NCBI RefSeq assembly: GCF_001194135.2
Contig: NC_068985.1
Location: 103,912,823-103,954,879 of the forward strand
Source: Octopus bimaculoides
Taxonomy: Eukaryota
Length of the DNA stretch: 42,057 nucleotides
Direction: 5' to 3'
Shown here: positions 1 through 11,490 of the stretch, piece by piece
Numbering within the stretch: position 1 is the first letter of the stretch
Layout: the number at the start of each line of letters is the position of its first letter
The notes under the pieces: generated by a model
The model's database searches: none
What the model was told of the DNA's origin: nothing
Seen by the model: the letters and a program-made list of their open reading frames with translations, nothing else
Program-made: the position numbers and the translations under genes

Positions 1-96
1 TATATATATATGTGTGTGTGTGGGTGGGTGTATCTTTCGTTTTTCACTTGTTTCTGTCATTTGACTGCGGCCATGTGTGTGTGTGTGTGTGTCTAT

Positions 97-410
97 AGGC
101 GCCGGCGTAGCTGTGTGGTAAGAAGCTTGCTTCCTAACCACATGGTTCTGGTTCAGTTCCACGGCGTGGCACCTTAGGTAATAAGTATATATTTGTGTGT
201 TTGTGTCTGTATTTGTCCCGCCACCATCGTTTGACATCCAATGTTGGTGTGTTTACGTCCAAGTAACTTAGTGGTTCGGCAAAAGAGACCAATAGAACAA
301 GTACCAGGCTTACAAAGAATAAGTCTAGGGGCCGATTACTTCGAGTAAAAGGCGGTGTTCCGGCATGGCCACCGTCAAAATGACTGAAAAAAATAAAGAA
401 TAAAAGAATA
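97..410 (+). mobile_element. tRNA-derived SINE, family 1 (internal TA/TG microsatellite region)
   Basis: Head GGCGTAGCTGTGTGGTAAGAAGC...GGTTCAGTTCC; 3' CATGGCC..GTCAAATGACTGAAA..AAAGAATA; homologous copies elsewhere in the window. Confidence 0.8.
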
Positions 411-889
411 TATATATATAGGTCCCCGTAACTTAGCGGTTCGGCGAAAGCGGGTTGTTGTAAGAATTGATATAACTGTCATTGGTTAATGGTGGTGGTG
501 CTGGTATTGACAACATTGGTGATAGTGATGGATGTGATGGAAGATGTGTTGATTATGATGGTGGTGGTGGTGGTAAGGACAAAGTTGGAAGTGGGACATT
601 AAAACATGGCAATGGTATTGAACGTGTGTCCAAGGTGTTGGTTGTGGGTCCTGCACGTTGCTGCTGCAATTGTGAAGGGGCCGCTTTTGGTGACTTCACC
701 ACACCCACACTCCTCACAACAGAGTTTTCTCCCACGCTCTTTCTTCTTGTTTCCTCTTCATATTTCTTAGTTTTCAATGCAATAATTCTCTGCCTGTCTT
801 GTAGTTTTTGCCGTGTCTCGGCCAGTTTCATATTCAGGGCCATAACACACGTGAAGGAAACCACCAAAAACAAAAAAAAAGGGACAAAT

Positions 890-1030
890 CATCCATCTTC
901 CGCTTGATGATACTCATTTACAGTTGAGTATACTGGAGCATTGTAAAATGAAGTGCCTTGCTCAAGGCTACAACGCATCACTCGGGCCAGGAATTGAACC
1001 TATGACATTTTGATCGTGAACCAATAGCAA
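890..1030 (-). mobile_element. SINE fragment with CORE-like domain
   Basis: AAGTGCCTTGCTCAAGG (reverse of the CORE-type CCTTGAGCAAGGCACTT) followed by reverse B-box GGAATTGAACC. Confidence 0.6.
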
Positions 1031-1079
1031 TGTACTTTCCACACTGTCTCAATAACAAGAGCGTTGTTCTTAAGCCCTT

Positions 1080-1470
1080 GGTCAATCTATATTTTACTCA
1101 GATACTAAGCAATCTCAAATATAGAGCGAACCCCATCTTTTGTAGTTAATAATCGTTCATATAATTTATTCTCTCATACAATGCGATCTTCCATTACAAC
1201 CACAGTTTTTCTTTCTATATTTTTACGAAACCAACAAATTTTAAAACATAAAACACAAAAATACTAAAACACAAACACAGAAGCTCTTACGTCTTTTGCT
1301 TTTGTTCATTAATTCTTGCTAAAATGCTACTGAGATTTGTTCTTCTTCTTCCATATAACTTAACGATGCTCTCAGTGACATCAAATTTCCTTGAGGCTGC
1401 ACAGACGTTCTTTTCAGCAAATTGTGTGACAAAATTTAAAAGTTTTTTTTTTGCACTGTAAACACGTCAC
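1080..1470 (-). mobile_element. Pogo-family DNA transposon remnant (Brinker-type HTH N-terminus)
   Basis: Minus frame ~1466-1340 reads RVYSAKKKLLNFVTQFAEKNVCAASRKFDVTESIVKLYGRRR, matching the pogo N-terminal HTH pattern (FKLxVVxFAExxGxxAAxRxFxVxExxVRxW); pogo-like terminal sequence near 1085-1115. Confidence 0.55.
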
Positions 1471-2078
1471 TTTTCACATCCATACTTTTACATTCAGGCT
1501 GTATGCTGAGAATATTTCTCCACTACAAAGAAATGTATTGTAACGGTCACGTTTTAAATTGCAATCTTTCAAATTAAATAATCATTTTTAAAAGAATAGA
1601 TTGTTTAACTAACAGAATTAACAATTGCCATTGGATGTACACTACTTATATGGAGGTAACGAAATGTATACATTAGTCGTTTGATATCTCGAGGCTACCG
1701 CTTTCAGTATTTTCGTTTTTCTCAGAATTGTTCATGGAAATTTTCTAATGTTTCTAATGTTAATTTTGACCCAATTTTTACTGAGGTATTTTTATTCTAT
1801 CATGTCTTAAGAATATATAGGACTGCGACGTGATTTGATGCATGTAAGACTGGTATGTGAATAAGCTGTTGTTCCTAGTAATTTGAGTGATCAGATGAAG
1901 GTTCGTTTATTTGGATCGTCATTGAATAATGCTTTGGGTCGATTCAGCGAATCCATTTTGAGAAGTTGGCATAGAGGTTTAAAGAATCCCAAATGACATT
2001 CTCGATCGACAAATTAGTGTTAAAAAATTATTCTATACCAGAAAGAGTCAAATAAAAGATGTTGATTCTGTAATAGAT

Positions 2079-2453
2079 ATATTGTTTGATTTTTGTTGGT
2101 ACTCCGTCGGTTACGACGATGAGGGTTCCAGTTGATCCGATCAGCGGAACAGCCTGCTCGAGAAATTAACGTGCAACTGGTTGAGCACTCCACAGACACG
2201 TATACCCTTAACGTGACACAGAGTGTGACAAGGCTGGCCCTTTGAATTACAGGCACAACAGAAACAGGAAGTAAGAGTGAGAGAAAGTTGTGGTGAAAGA
2301 GTACAGCAGGGTTCGCCACCATCCCCTGCCGGAGCCACGTGGAGCTTTAGGTGTTTTCGCTCAATAAACATTCACAACGCCCGGTCTGGGAATCGAAACT
2401 GCGATCCTACGACCGCGAGTCCGCTGCCCTAACCACTGGGCCATTGCGCCTCC
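2079..2453 (-). mobile_element. Young full-length tRNA(Arg-like)-derived SINE, family 2
   Basis: Minus-strand head GGAGGCGCAATGGCCCAGTGGTTAGGGCAGCGGACTCGCGG...GTTTCGATTCCCAG; CpG-rich body; A-rich tail; candidate 7-bp TSD AATAGAT at 2072-2078 and 2454-2460. Confidence 0.85.
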
Positions 2454-2554
2454 AATAGATGTAACATAAGTAAGAATAACAGAATCTCGTGGTAAGAAAT
2501 GAGGGTGGGTGAGAATTGCGTTTGAGGTGGAATCTGGAAATATTTTTCCGTGAA

Positions 2555-2825
2555 GGTGTGTGGATTAATGGTTTAGGGTGTTGCACTCGCGATTGTAAAA
2601 TCGTAGTTTCGATTCCCGGACCGCGTAGTGCGTTATGTTCTTAAGTAAAACGCTTCAGTTCACGTTCAGCTCAGCTATAAATGAGTTCCAGCAATAACTG
2701 GGAAGATAACCCTGCGACGGACTGACGTCCCGTTCAGTGGGGGTGGAGTATTGCAATCTCTATCACTATGGAAACAGGGTTAAGCTTCTGGTTTATGAGT
2801 CATGGAGTTCATGACAGACCTAAGA
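2555..2825 (+). mobile_element. Old CORE-type SINE
   Basis: B-box GTTTCGATTCCC then decayed CORE (GTTCTTAAGTAAAACGCTT) and CCCTGCGACGGACTGACGTCCCGTTCAG. Confidence 0.6.
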
Positions 2826-2879
2826 AATACTTTACTGTTAAAACAGTCCCAAACCACAGGACAAAGAAATATGTTATTG

Positions 2880-3070
2880 CTTTAGGTCAGCTCTGATCCA
2901 GTGTATTTATTATCAACGATGTTCGAGCCATAAACATGCCTTAGTTTTGTGTGTATCAGGGATTACATTATCCAATATTTCTTTCTTAAAAACGGTAGGA
3001 TGTAATTTGAAGAGAACGAGCCTATGATATTTAGCAGATCAAGCAAACGTGTAGCAGCTTCCTCGTTCGT
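2880..3070 (+). repeat. Abundant dispersed non-SINE repeat (GGTCAGCYCTGATC...TTTGGCTGCTATTTCTAGC)
   Basis: Related segments at ~14770-14830, 15160-15275, 16330-16510 (minus), 22305-22510, 22670-22745, 39265-39345. Confidence 0.6.
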
Positions 3071-3383
3071 TCGTAAAAATACTATGAATGAGACCGTATG
3101 ATTATGAATAAAATAACCCTTTTCAATTACACTGCACGACACTAAGACAAATGTCTACAGTCATAGCTTCATGTCAACTCAAGCTTTGGGAGTAGATTTG
3201 GGACAGACGAAAATATTATGGAAGGCCGTCAGATGAAATGTGTCCGTTTTCGAGTGGTAGACTTGATATCTGGGCTGGATTCTGATCTGGAGATAACCCT
3301 CAAATAATAGTGTCCTTACTCCTCCCAACCAGTTGCAGATACCATGCAAAAGAAAAACAAACTCGAAGGCCATTATCGATCTT

Positions 3384-4981
3384 TGTTGTAACGCCCTCTT
3401 CAGTATACAGCATTCTTAGTAAACCAGTAAGGACACAACTATCTCTGACCGCCTACTTTCTTTATTTTGGCACTATGGCCATCACACAGACGGGAAAGCA
3501 CAAGGACAGACGGAACACTACAGCGGGGACAAAAAGACAAAACGATTGAAAATGAGTAAGATGTTATATAATAATGAAAATGAAATGGCTGCATGAGCCC
3601 CACTCTCATGCTATACCATTTGAACGTTTAAATGCACAGTTTACAATCGTTCTTTTTTCTTTGTTTTGTTTCCATTATCATCGTTTTTTTTTTTTAATAA
3701 AACGATTTTAGTTACTTTTTTAATATCTCAAAGGTTTCAAGTTCTTTTTAAACAACCACTAGCAGCAAATCATCAAATTCCACAACTCCTGGCGGATCAA
3801 TGCCACATCCACACATGTCTTGCAGCCTATTATATATCTCTCCTTACCGAATAGATATCTGCCTTTTTTAAATGGATAATTTTTCCTCAGGTGTATACTT
3901 CCACATGCAAAGCAAGGGTTTATTTCCTGATTTTTGTCGTGTGTTTTACAAAACACTTTATCTCAATTCTGATTATTTCGCACTTGCTTTGCTTGGAAAC
4001 AATCTTTACGTTCAATTTCCTTTGTGTCGTGTCTTAATTTGACTATCCTTTCACATTCTTCAGACACTTGCTGTAGTGCTACATCCTGTGTAAAAATCAG
4101 GCATTTGATCATATCTGGCGTTTATTCGTCCAGCTTAAACTTCTCGCATTCCCTGTTTACTCAACCAGCATATGTCATGTAGTCCTCGTCGTTGTTTTTC
4201 TCTATGTTCAGACACTTCCAACGTGTGTTGAACAATGAACTTTTTTCACTGAAAATTTTACACAACATATCTATTGTATCATTAAAGCTTATGTCAGAAG
4301 GTCTTCTTGGGAGTACATAATTACTGTATCGTTCTTGTTCTGTTGCCGCCAGTTTTCTTAAGATTAAGCGCGTTTTCATCTCGTCGTCCCAATCTTTACA
4401 TTCTTTATCGAAGGTTTGCTCATATCTCATATCTTGAAGGTAACTCCTTCGTCAGGTTCATATTTGAACTCTGTTATGGAGTTCGCGACATAGTCTGGCA
4501 GGAACACTTTATCTGAATTTCCTGACGACTTCATTAATTGCAGTATTTGTTGCTGTAATAGTAATTGTTATTGTTCTTCTTTCAGTTATTGTTGTTGCTG
4601 TTTTTGCAACTCAAGCAAACAGAACAACAAATTTTCTATAACTTTTACGATTTTTCGTAAATTTCGTACACCACCTTTGTGAGTTTAACTCCTCTTCGAA
4701 TTTTTATTAACTCCACGTGAATTGCTTTATCCTCGTCGAATTTATCAATTCCTCGTGGATTGTTTAAATCCTCGTCGTTACTGTTATAATCCTTAAATGT
4801 TGGATTGTTATAACGCCCACTTCGGTATACATTATGCTTAGTAAACCAGTTAAGACACAACTATCTCTGACCACTTAATACGTACTCTAGTACTTCACGT
4901 ACTTCTCTTTACTCATAGCAACTATGTTATTTCATTCGTCACGTGGGAGGGGCGTACCATTATTACTAATTCCCTACAACA
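3384..4981 (-). mobile_element. Degenerate Ty3/Gypsy (Mag-like) LTR retrotransposon remnant with gag only
   Basis: LTR-like 4806-4981 (TGTTGTA...TATAACA on minus) shares ~75 bp with a second copy starting at 3384. PBS-like CGACGAGGAT at 4768-4781 (decayed TGGCGACGAGGAT, complementary to the tRNA-Ser(GCU) 3' end). Gag pseudogene lies between the copies. Confidence 0.75.
3845..4640 (-). pseudogene. Gypsy gag pseudogene with decayed CCHC zinc knuckle
   Basis: Frames read ANSITEFKYEPDEGVTF/RYEQTFDKECKDWDDEMKTRLILRKLAATEQERYSNYVLP...SLFNTRWKCLNIEKNNDEDYMTYAG*VNRECEKFKL and CFACGSIHLRKNYPFK; stops and frameshifts present. Confidence 0.85.
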
Positions 4982-5459
4982 GTTTTCTTCTCAATAAACT
5001 AGATATAAAACTTAATACATAACATACCAAATAAGTCAATAGAAATCGAAAAGAAAACTACCAAAGATCTCAAGGTAACTAATACTTAAATACAATACTA
5101 AAATTGTTTAGCACGTAATGACATTTTAAAGGGTAAAATATTTAACTAGTAAATATTCTGAGTTTAAATTTCACTAGGAACCAATTTACCTGTGGAGCCG
5201 ATATAATAAGTACTAGACGAGGGTTGATTAAATAAGCTATTTCTTTATCTACAATTCAAAGGACGAGCAGGGTCTTTAGAATGAAGCCGTTCTGCTGGTT
5301 TCCATCTGTCTCTCTCATAAGGATATGCAGTGTGGTTGAGAATTTCGCTTAACAACTACACGGTTTCAAGTTCAATCGCACTTCATGGCATCTTAGATAA
5401 GTGCCTTCTGCTATAGCACCGAGATAGAAGTTCATCGTGGTGTATAAATACATAAACAC

Positions 5460-5590
5460 ATGTTTTCTCTCCTCGTACATTTCTGTACATGTGCATAGGC
5501 TTGAAACGTGAAAGATACTTCCATTCTTCTTGATCGTTAAACTAATACAATTTGTTTGGTTGATCCCTCACCTGTCTCTGTCTTTTGGTG
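5460..5590 (-). repeat. Dispersed repeat, homologous in inverted orientation to 11372-11490
   Basis: Shared ACAGAGACAGGTGAGGG...TGTATTA...CGTTTC(G/A)AGCCTATGC; resembles Penelope-type ends (tentative). Confidence 0.6.
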
Positions 5591-6024
5591 TTTGCTTTCG
5601 ATCATACTTAACGTAGATACACTGTAAAAACCAAACAACAGCAGTATTCGCCTCGAGAAAGCACTTCATATAGACATATAGTACTAAAAATCACAGAAGC
5701 ATATCAAAAGCAGATAAAAAGCGTCCAAGAGCGATAGTGGAATTACTAAATCTAGATTCCCGCTTCTTAAGAGCGTTATCAGCTGCAAGTATCCAACAGC
5801 ATGCTTAGACAAATTTTGCAGCTACTGATATAGAAAAAAGAGGTATTAACAAATTACTGGTGTCGCAAATCGCCGACATGTTGGGTAAAAACTTTTTATT
5901 GGCGACGGGAGCAAGACTAGTTCAAAATAACAAAATGATATTATGTAGTTCTTACATAATGTAAATGTACTGTAAAAGGTCAGAAAACTGCGAGAAATTA
6001 TATGGTATAGACGTAGAGAGTGCA

Positions 6025-6057
<33 letters not shown>

Positions 6058-6924
6058 TTGAGTCTGCGTTTTTACATTGCATGCTAACTGCAATCACAGT
6101 CCATGAAGACGTGTAGATTAGAGAAAAACATTATCTTGTGAAGAGGTGAATGCTGGCAACGAAACGGCCGTAGAAAAAAATCTGTCATGACGATTTTCTA
6201 CCCGACACATAAGCATAGAAAAGTAGATGTTAAAATGATGATGATGATAGTAAAATGCTTTTATTAAANNNNNNNNNNNNNNNNNNNNNNNNNNNNNNNN
6301 NNNNNNNNNNNNNNNNNNNNNNNNNNNNNNNNNNNNNNNNNNNNNNNNNNNNNNNNNNNNNNNNNNNNNNNNNNNNNNNNNNNNNNNNNNNNNNNNNNNN
6401 NNNNNNNNNNNNNNNNNNNNNNNNNNNNNNNNNNNNNNNNNNNNNNNNNNNNNNNNNNNNNNNNNNNNNNNNNNNNNNNNNAAAAACACTCCAATGAATT
6501 TTATTACTTTTTTATTCTTTATTGCTTATTTATTCTTTAAAGAAGGTTTTTCTATAATAATTTTGATTGTTCTGGGATTTTCTTCTTTATACAATGATTT
6601 ATATACAAAAATATTTTATAATTTTCCCCAAGTATTGATTTTTTTTCAATCCATTTTTTATAATTTATCCATTTCAAATGAAAGGAAAATATTTTTGACA
6701 TCACATGATACAAAAAATGGAAATATATAAAATACAATGGTATTTTTATACAAAATCAAATTTCCCAAAATGGTTGTTTTTTTTTTTTTTTTGCTGTTCA
6801 TTTAAAATAGTTATTTTTGTTGCTGATTTTTTTCTTTTCTCACAGTTGTCTTTTCCAGCATGTTGAATGTTTAGCCGAGATCAAATGTAGGAAGACGATT
6901 GAATAACATGCAGGCACAGAGAAG

Positions 6925-7104
6925 AAATGTGTGTGTGTATGTATGTGTGCATAATGAATATATACTGTGCGTGTGTGTGTGTATGTGTATATATATATAT
7001 ATATAGACACACATATGTATACATATATACAGATGTATATATAAATATATATACATATACACAAATGTACATATACATATATACTTATGTATATACATAT
7101 GTAT

Positions 7105-7147
<43 letters not shown>

Positions 7148-7283
7148 CACACGCACATATATACATGTATGTATGTATGTGTGTGTGTGTATATACATGT
7201 ATATATAGATACATATATGTATATATACACACACACACAGATATATATATACTTACATATGTATGCATATATGTATACATATA

Positions 7284-7325
<42 letters not shown>

Positions 7326-7415
7326 TACATATATATACACACAGAGACACATATACATATATATATGTATATGCATGGACATATATGTGTGTGTGTGAGT
7401 GTGTACACATGCATG
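6925..7415. repeat. Compound (TA)n/(CA)n/(TG)n microsatellite
   Basis: Directly visible. Confidence 0.95.
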
Positions 7416-7474
7416 TGAGAGAGCAGATTAAAAGTTATTTGTATTATTCTTTTTTTTATGTTCACTCAAGCTGA

Positions 7475-9231
7475 AGCTGTATAAGAAACAATGAAATCAG
7501 CAGAGATATCACAATTGCAGAACATCACAATTGTTGGTCAATCACAGCTTCAGAATAACAAGATACTAATGTTTAACAGTAACTGCAAGACTTGCTGTTA
7601 GAACATTGCTCAAATACAGAGTGAAAAAAAGAAAAGATTATAAATTAAACGATATTGGATAAACCTAACATTCTTTGCAATTAAGGATGCAACAAATGTT
7701 ATATCCAAATATAACAAGATAATTTGATCTGGACATGATAAATATTAAGGTCAGTATAAATATAGATTGTTATAAATATCTGGTAAGTTGTTTTCATTTG
7801 TGGAATTAAAGAAATCAACTCAGCTGCTAGCATGATCGTCCAGCAATCTAACAGTTTCTATTTAATTGCTTACCATCGTCAAATAATGTATCTACATTTT
7901 TGACTGCAATTAAAGCAGGAATTAATTAACCTACAGCTGGCATAAACAATCCAACATGGACAACATTTAATTAAAAAAATAATAAAAATGACTCATATTT
8001 TTTTTTTTTTCAATTTTACTTTCTTTAAATAAATCGGAATTTGTTGAAACTTTCAACAGTTAATTATTATTTTATCATGAAAATATAAAAACATTAACCA
8101 ATAATCTTTTTTTCTTGACACAGATACAATCTTATAAGAGAATAAACATTAGACATACAACGGTATAAAAAAATAAATGCATATAAATACACTTAACCAT
8201 AAAAAAAACACAAATATACAAATAGACGCATTCATACACACATATATAAACACCCATATAGTCATATATACATAACTGTCAGCTTCAAATTTTCAGTAAG
8301 TGGCATGTAGTGAAACAGAAAAACAACTGGTTTATCTTCGATAGAATATGTGCTCATGAAAGCATGGATATTATATCTCAGAACACATAGCACTGCCATC
8401 TGGCTCAACATTTGTTTGACAAAAGGCACAATTTGTTGGAAAAATAGGTGTTACTCTTTGGGGTTTCCGCCCCATCTCCTCTATCTCAGATAACATACAA
8501 AAATCAAGTGAGCAATTTCCTAGTAAATATAGAAAACGGCAGCAAAATATGTTGGTGTTGGATAAAAAAGTAAGTTTGCTTAGTCTTCAGGATAGAATAA
8601 ACGTATAATGCTTATCACAAGTCCAGAGTCATTCAAATTGATATTTTCAAATTGTATATGAACTTTCTGAACATAAATACACTTATACAATGATACTCAG
8701 CAGTGTATGCTTATCTTCCTTAAGTAAACAATTTTTAGGTTATCTAAAAATAGTTTACATGGTTTCCTTTTTTTTTTTTTTTTTTAAATTCTTTCCTCCC
8801 AATAAATCATTTTATAACAACCATTTTTCTATTGGTTTACAAACAAACTCTTTTACAAGAAAAATGTATGGCAGTGTTTGAACTTACAACATTGATATAA
8901 TAGTACTCTTCGAAATGTCCAACAAAAGTCAGATGCTTTTTTAACTCACCAAGCTTATTTCATTAATGACTTGATGAAAATCAGAAATGAAATAAGAGGT
9001 TTTCATTGAGCAAAGTAAATAGCATATACTTTATACTATTCACAGCTGGATATCAGGAAAAGTTCTACTTTCTTGCATACATCACAATTCCTTTCTTCAT
9101 ATTTTTGTTTTCACCATAGCTGGCTATAACCTCCAGCCCTTTAAACCAGTATTCCATATCAAAAAGACATACTGGTAGTGAGTTACAAGTTTCCAGAATT
9201 CATTAGCCAAAGTTCATTTTCAGGTTCCCAG
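7475..9231 (-). other. Probable 3' UTR of the ETS gene (distal end undefined)
   Basis: About 1.7 kb directly downstream of the stop, with no recognisable SINE or long microsatellite, unlike the flanks; several ATTTA pentamers on the minus strand. Confidence 0.45.
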
Positions 9232-9884
9232 TCAATAGTATGTTTGTGTATTCTCTTCATTGAAAAGGCTTGATACATCTAGATAGGAAGCATTCTGATT
9301 GAAGTGTTGCTCCAGGCTGTAACAAGGCTGCGACATACTTGGAATATAGGATAATTTTTGTTTCTTACTGGTCTGCAGAGGTGGTGAATACTCAGGTAGC
9401 TCAGAGCCATAGGGAGAGGATGTATTCAGTGGTCTTTTACTATTGAAAACTATACCTGATGAAGTGCTTTGCATCGATGAAGAAGGAGACGATGAAGAGG
9501 CTGGTGTTACAGGCATCGTGGCAGGGTAACCCGAAATATCATACGGCTGAACCATGGCTGTTGATTCATCAGTTTCCTTATTCTTTGACTGATGGTTTGA
9601 ACGGCTCGATGATTTCAGCAACTCATCAAAATTGAATTTGTAAGTTGCTTTCTTTCCATGGATTTTATGTACATAGTTTTTATCGTAATAATACCGAATT
9701 GCGCGGGAGAGCTTCTCATAAGTCATCTGTTTGCGTCGCTTACGTTCACCCCATCGCTTAGCTAACTCTTCTTGGTTCAGAATAGTGAAATGGCCTTCAT
9801 CTCCTTCCCAACGAATGCAATTACTGTTTGTTTTGTCACACAGAAGCTTAATTAGGAATTGCCACAACTGAATATGTCCAGACT
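9232..9884 (-). CDS. ETS-domain transcription factor, terminal coding exon (ETS domain ~9628-9882 plus Ser/Pro-rich C-terminal tail)
   Basis: Translation SGHIQLWQFLIKLLCD...WGERKRRKQMTYEKLSRAIRYYYDKN...YKFNF has the three conserved Trp and the KLSRxxRYY recognition helix of ETS domains. Pyrimidine tract and acceptor ttttcttttcaataatag|AG at 9885; stop at 9232-9234. Confidence 0.97.
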
Positions 9885-10721
9885 CTATTATTGAAAAGAA
9901 AAAAGAAAAAAGGAAAAATAACATAAATATTATTTAAAATATAAACATTAGAGAATTAAATTAAAAAAAAGAAAACAACAGATTATGACTTCATAAATAG
10001 CATTAATCTCACATTAAATAAATGGAAGGGGTTGGAAAGCTGGCAAATCTAATTAAATGTTGATCTAAATGTTCTACAATATTTAGTTTTGTCTCTCTAT
10101 AGAGTGTGTTTAACTCCCTCATGCATCTAAATTTTCATCCCTTTGGGAATAAATGAGAAATAAAAACCAATAATATATAGGATTACTCCATTTGATTACA
10201 CCCACCTTTTTCTATGAAATTCAATGAGTGCCAGACTTAAACAAAAGTCAATATTTAGTAAATGATACAAAGTATGAAAACTAAGATTGAGTTACTAACA
10301 AATGAATGGGACATTTTGCTGTCTTAATGCATGGAACAAGTATTTTACAAGGATATCCCTTCTCAGTAGCAATGAACCTTTCAGTAATTTTATTCACTGA
10401 AACAATTACTTTCTTATTTTCATAATGGGCCTGTATACCAATTCATTCTCATATTAGATATGAAGAAGTCTTAAAAAGAGCATCTTAATGAATGCCCCGA
10501 AATACAGTTACAGAATGAAGAATGTAGATTATCAGCCATGTTCTGGAGCAGCTAAATAACTGATATGCAAAAACCATCCATTTGATGGATACCTTTAGTA
10601 GGAAGGAAAAGAGAGAAACGACCAAGGCCATCATCTTTTTTCTAATTAAAAGGAACAGTGTTCTAGAGACTAAACAAAATTGATCTTTAATAATCACTGG
10701 TGATATAGAATATTCCCTTAC

Positions 10722-10781
10722 CTGGAATATGTGACATCAATTGTTGGAACGTCATGCCACAGATCTTGTCAGGACTTTCTT
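10722..10781 (-). CDS. ETS gene exon, 60 nt, phase 1-1 (E)ESPDKICGMTFQQLMSHIP
   Basis: Acceptor ttttttaatttcag|, donor CCAG|gtaagg; G+AG junction gives Glu in frame with the ETS exon; resembles the ERG/FLI pre-ETS motif DPYQILGPTSSRL. Confidence 0.9.
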
Positions 10782-10872
10782 CTGAAATTAAAAAAAAAAA
10801 AGTAATCATGTTAATTAATAAAAGCAAGTGCAAAATTATTAAATTGTTTTTGAATTTTAATTTATGTATTAA

Positions 10873-11093
10873 CCCTTTAGTATTTAAACTGGCCATATCC
10901 GGCCAAAAGTATTCTGCTTGTTTTATGTTCAAACTGGCCAAATCTGGTCTCTCACACCAACCCTACAATATCGTTTTAAAAATTAACAGCTACCTCATCA
11001 AAATCTCATAGCTACAAGATAATGCATGATTAGTTCAAAACAATGTGGATGAAAAAACATTAATTTTGGCAGAATAATGCAAACACTAAAGGG
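10873..11093. mobile_element. piggyBac-type MITE
   Basis: 13-bp TIR CCCTTTAGTATTT / AAACACTAAAGGG (1 mismatch) flanked by TTAA at 10869-10872 and 11094-11097. Confidence 0.85.
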
Positions 11094-11164
11094 TTAAATA
11101 ATAATCTATATAGTTTTTTCCTCTTTTGAAAATACAGTATTGTACATAATTCATGGAAGCAGTT

Positions 11165-11330
11165 TTTTTTTTGTATGCAGCTGTGACTGTGTGGTTATAA
11201 GAAGCTTGCTTTCCAGCCATGTGGTCTTAGACTTGGTCCCACTGTCTTCTACAATACCCCTAGGCCAACCAAAGCTTTGTGAGTGAATTTGTAAGACAGA
11301 AACTAAAAGAAGCCTGTTATACATTATATA
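11165..11330 (+). mobile_element. SINE family 1, 5' part
   Basis: CTGTGTGGTTATAAGAAGCTTGCTTTCC...GGCCAACCAAAGCTTTGTGAGTGAATTTG similar to 17071 and 23362 copies. Confidence 0.7.
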
Positions 11331-11371
11331 TATAGGGTTCAAATTGTACAAAAAAAAAAAAACAGAAGACA

Positions 11372-11490
11372 GAGACAGGTGAGGGGACAACGAACAAGGT
11401 GTATTAATTCGATGCTCAGGAAAAATAGAAGAGACTTCGACATTTCGAGCCTATGCTCTTCTACAGAAAGGAATGAGGAAAGAAAACCGA
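11372..11490 (+). repeat. Dispersed repeat, homologous to 5460-5590
   Basis: Direct sequence similarity to the reverse complement of 5460-5590. Confidence 0.6.

Noticed and set aside
482-907. 141-aa plus-strand ORF
   Set aside because: Antisense shadow of the 553-873 ORF plus GGT repeats; no recognisable protein features.
2380-2453. Functional tRNA gene (also 28494-28569, 41974-42057)
   Set aside because: tRNA-like heads run into SINE bodies or a palindrome and lack a clean acceptor stem and terminator.
5683-5805. Peptide NHRSISKADKKRPRAIVELL resembling LINE ORF1 RRM motifs
   Set aside because: Short, flanked by stops, and similarity too weak to call without a search.
6830-6905. Strong plus-strand acceptor (ttttcttttctcacag) followed by CLFQHVECLAEIKCRKTIE*
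   Set aside because: No partner exon or homology; T-rich tracts are common here.
6840-7474. Several 60-180 aa ORFs rich in Y/I/H/T/C/V
   Set aside because: Translations of a compound TA/CA microsatellite.
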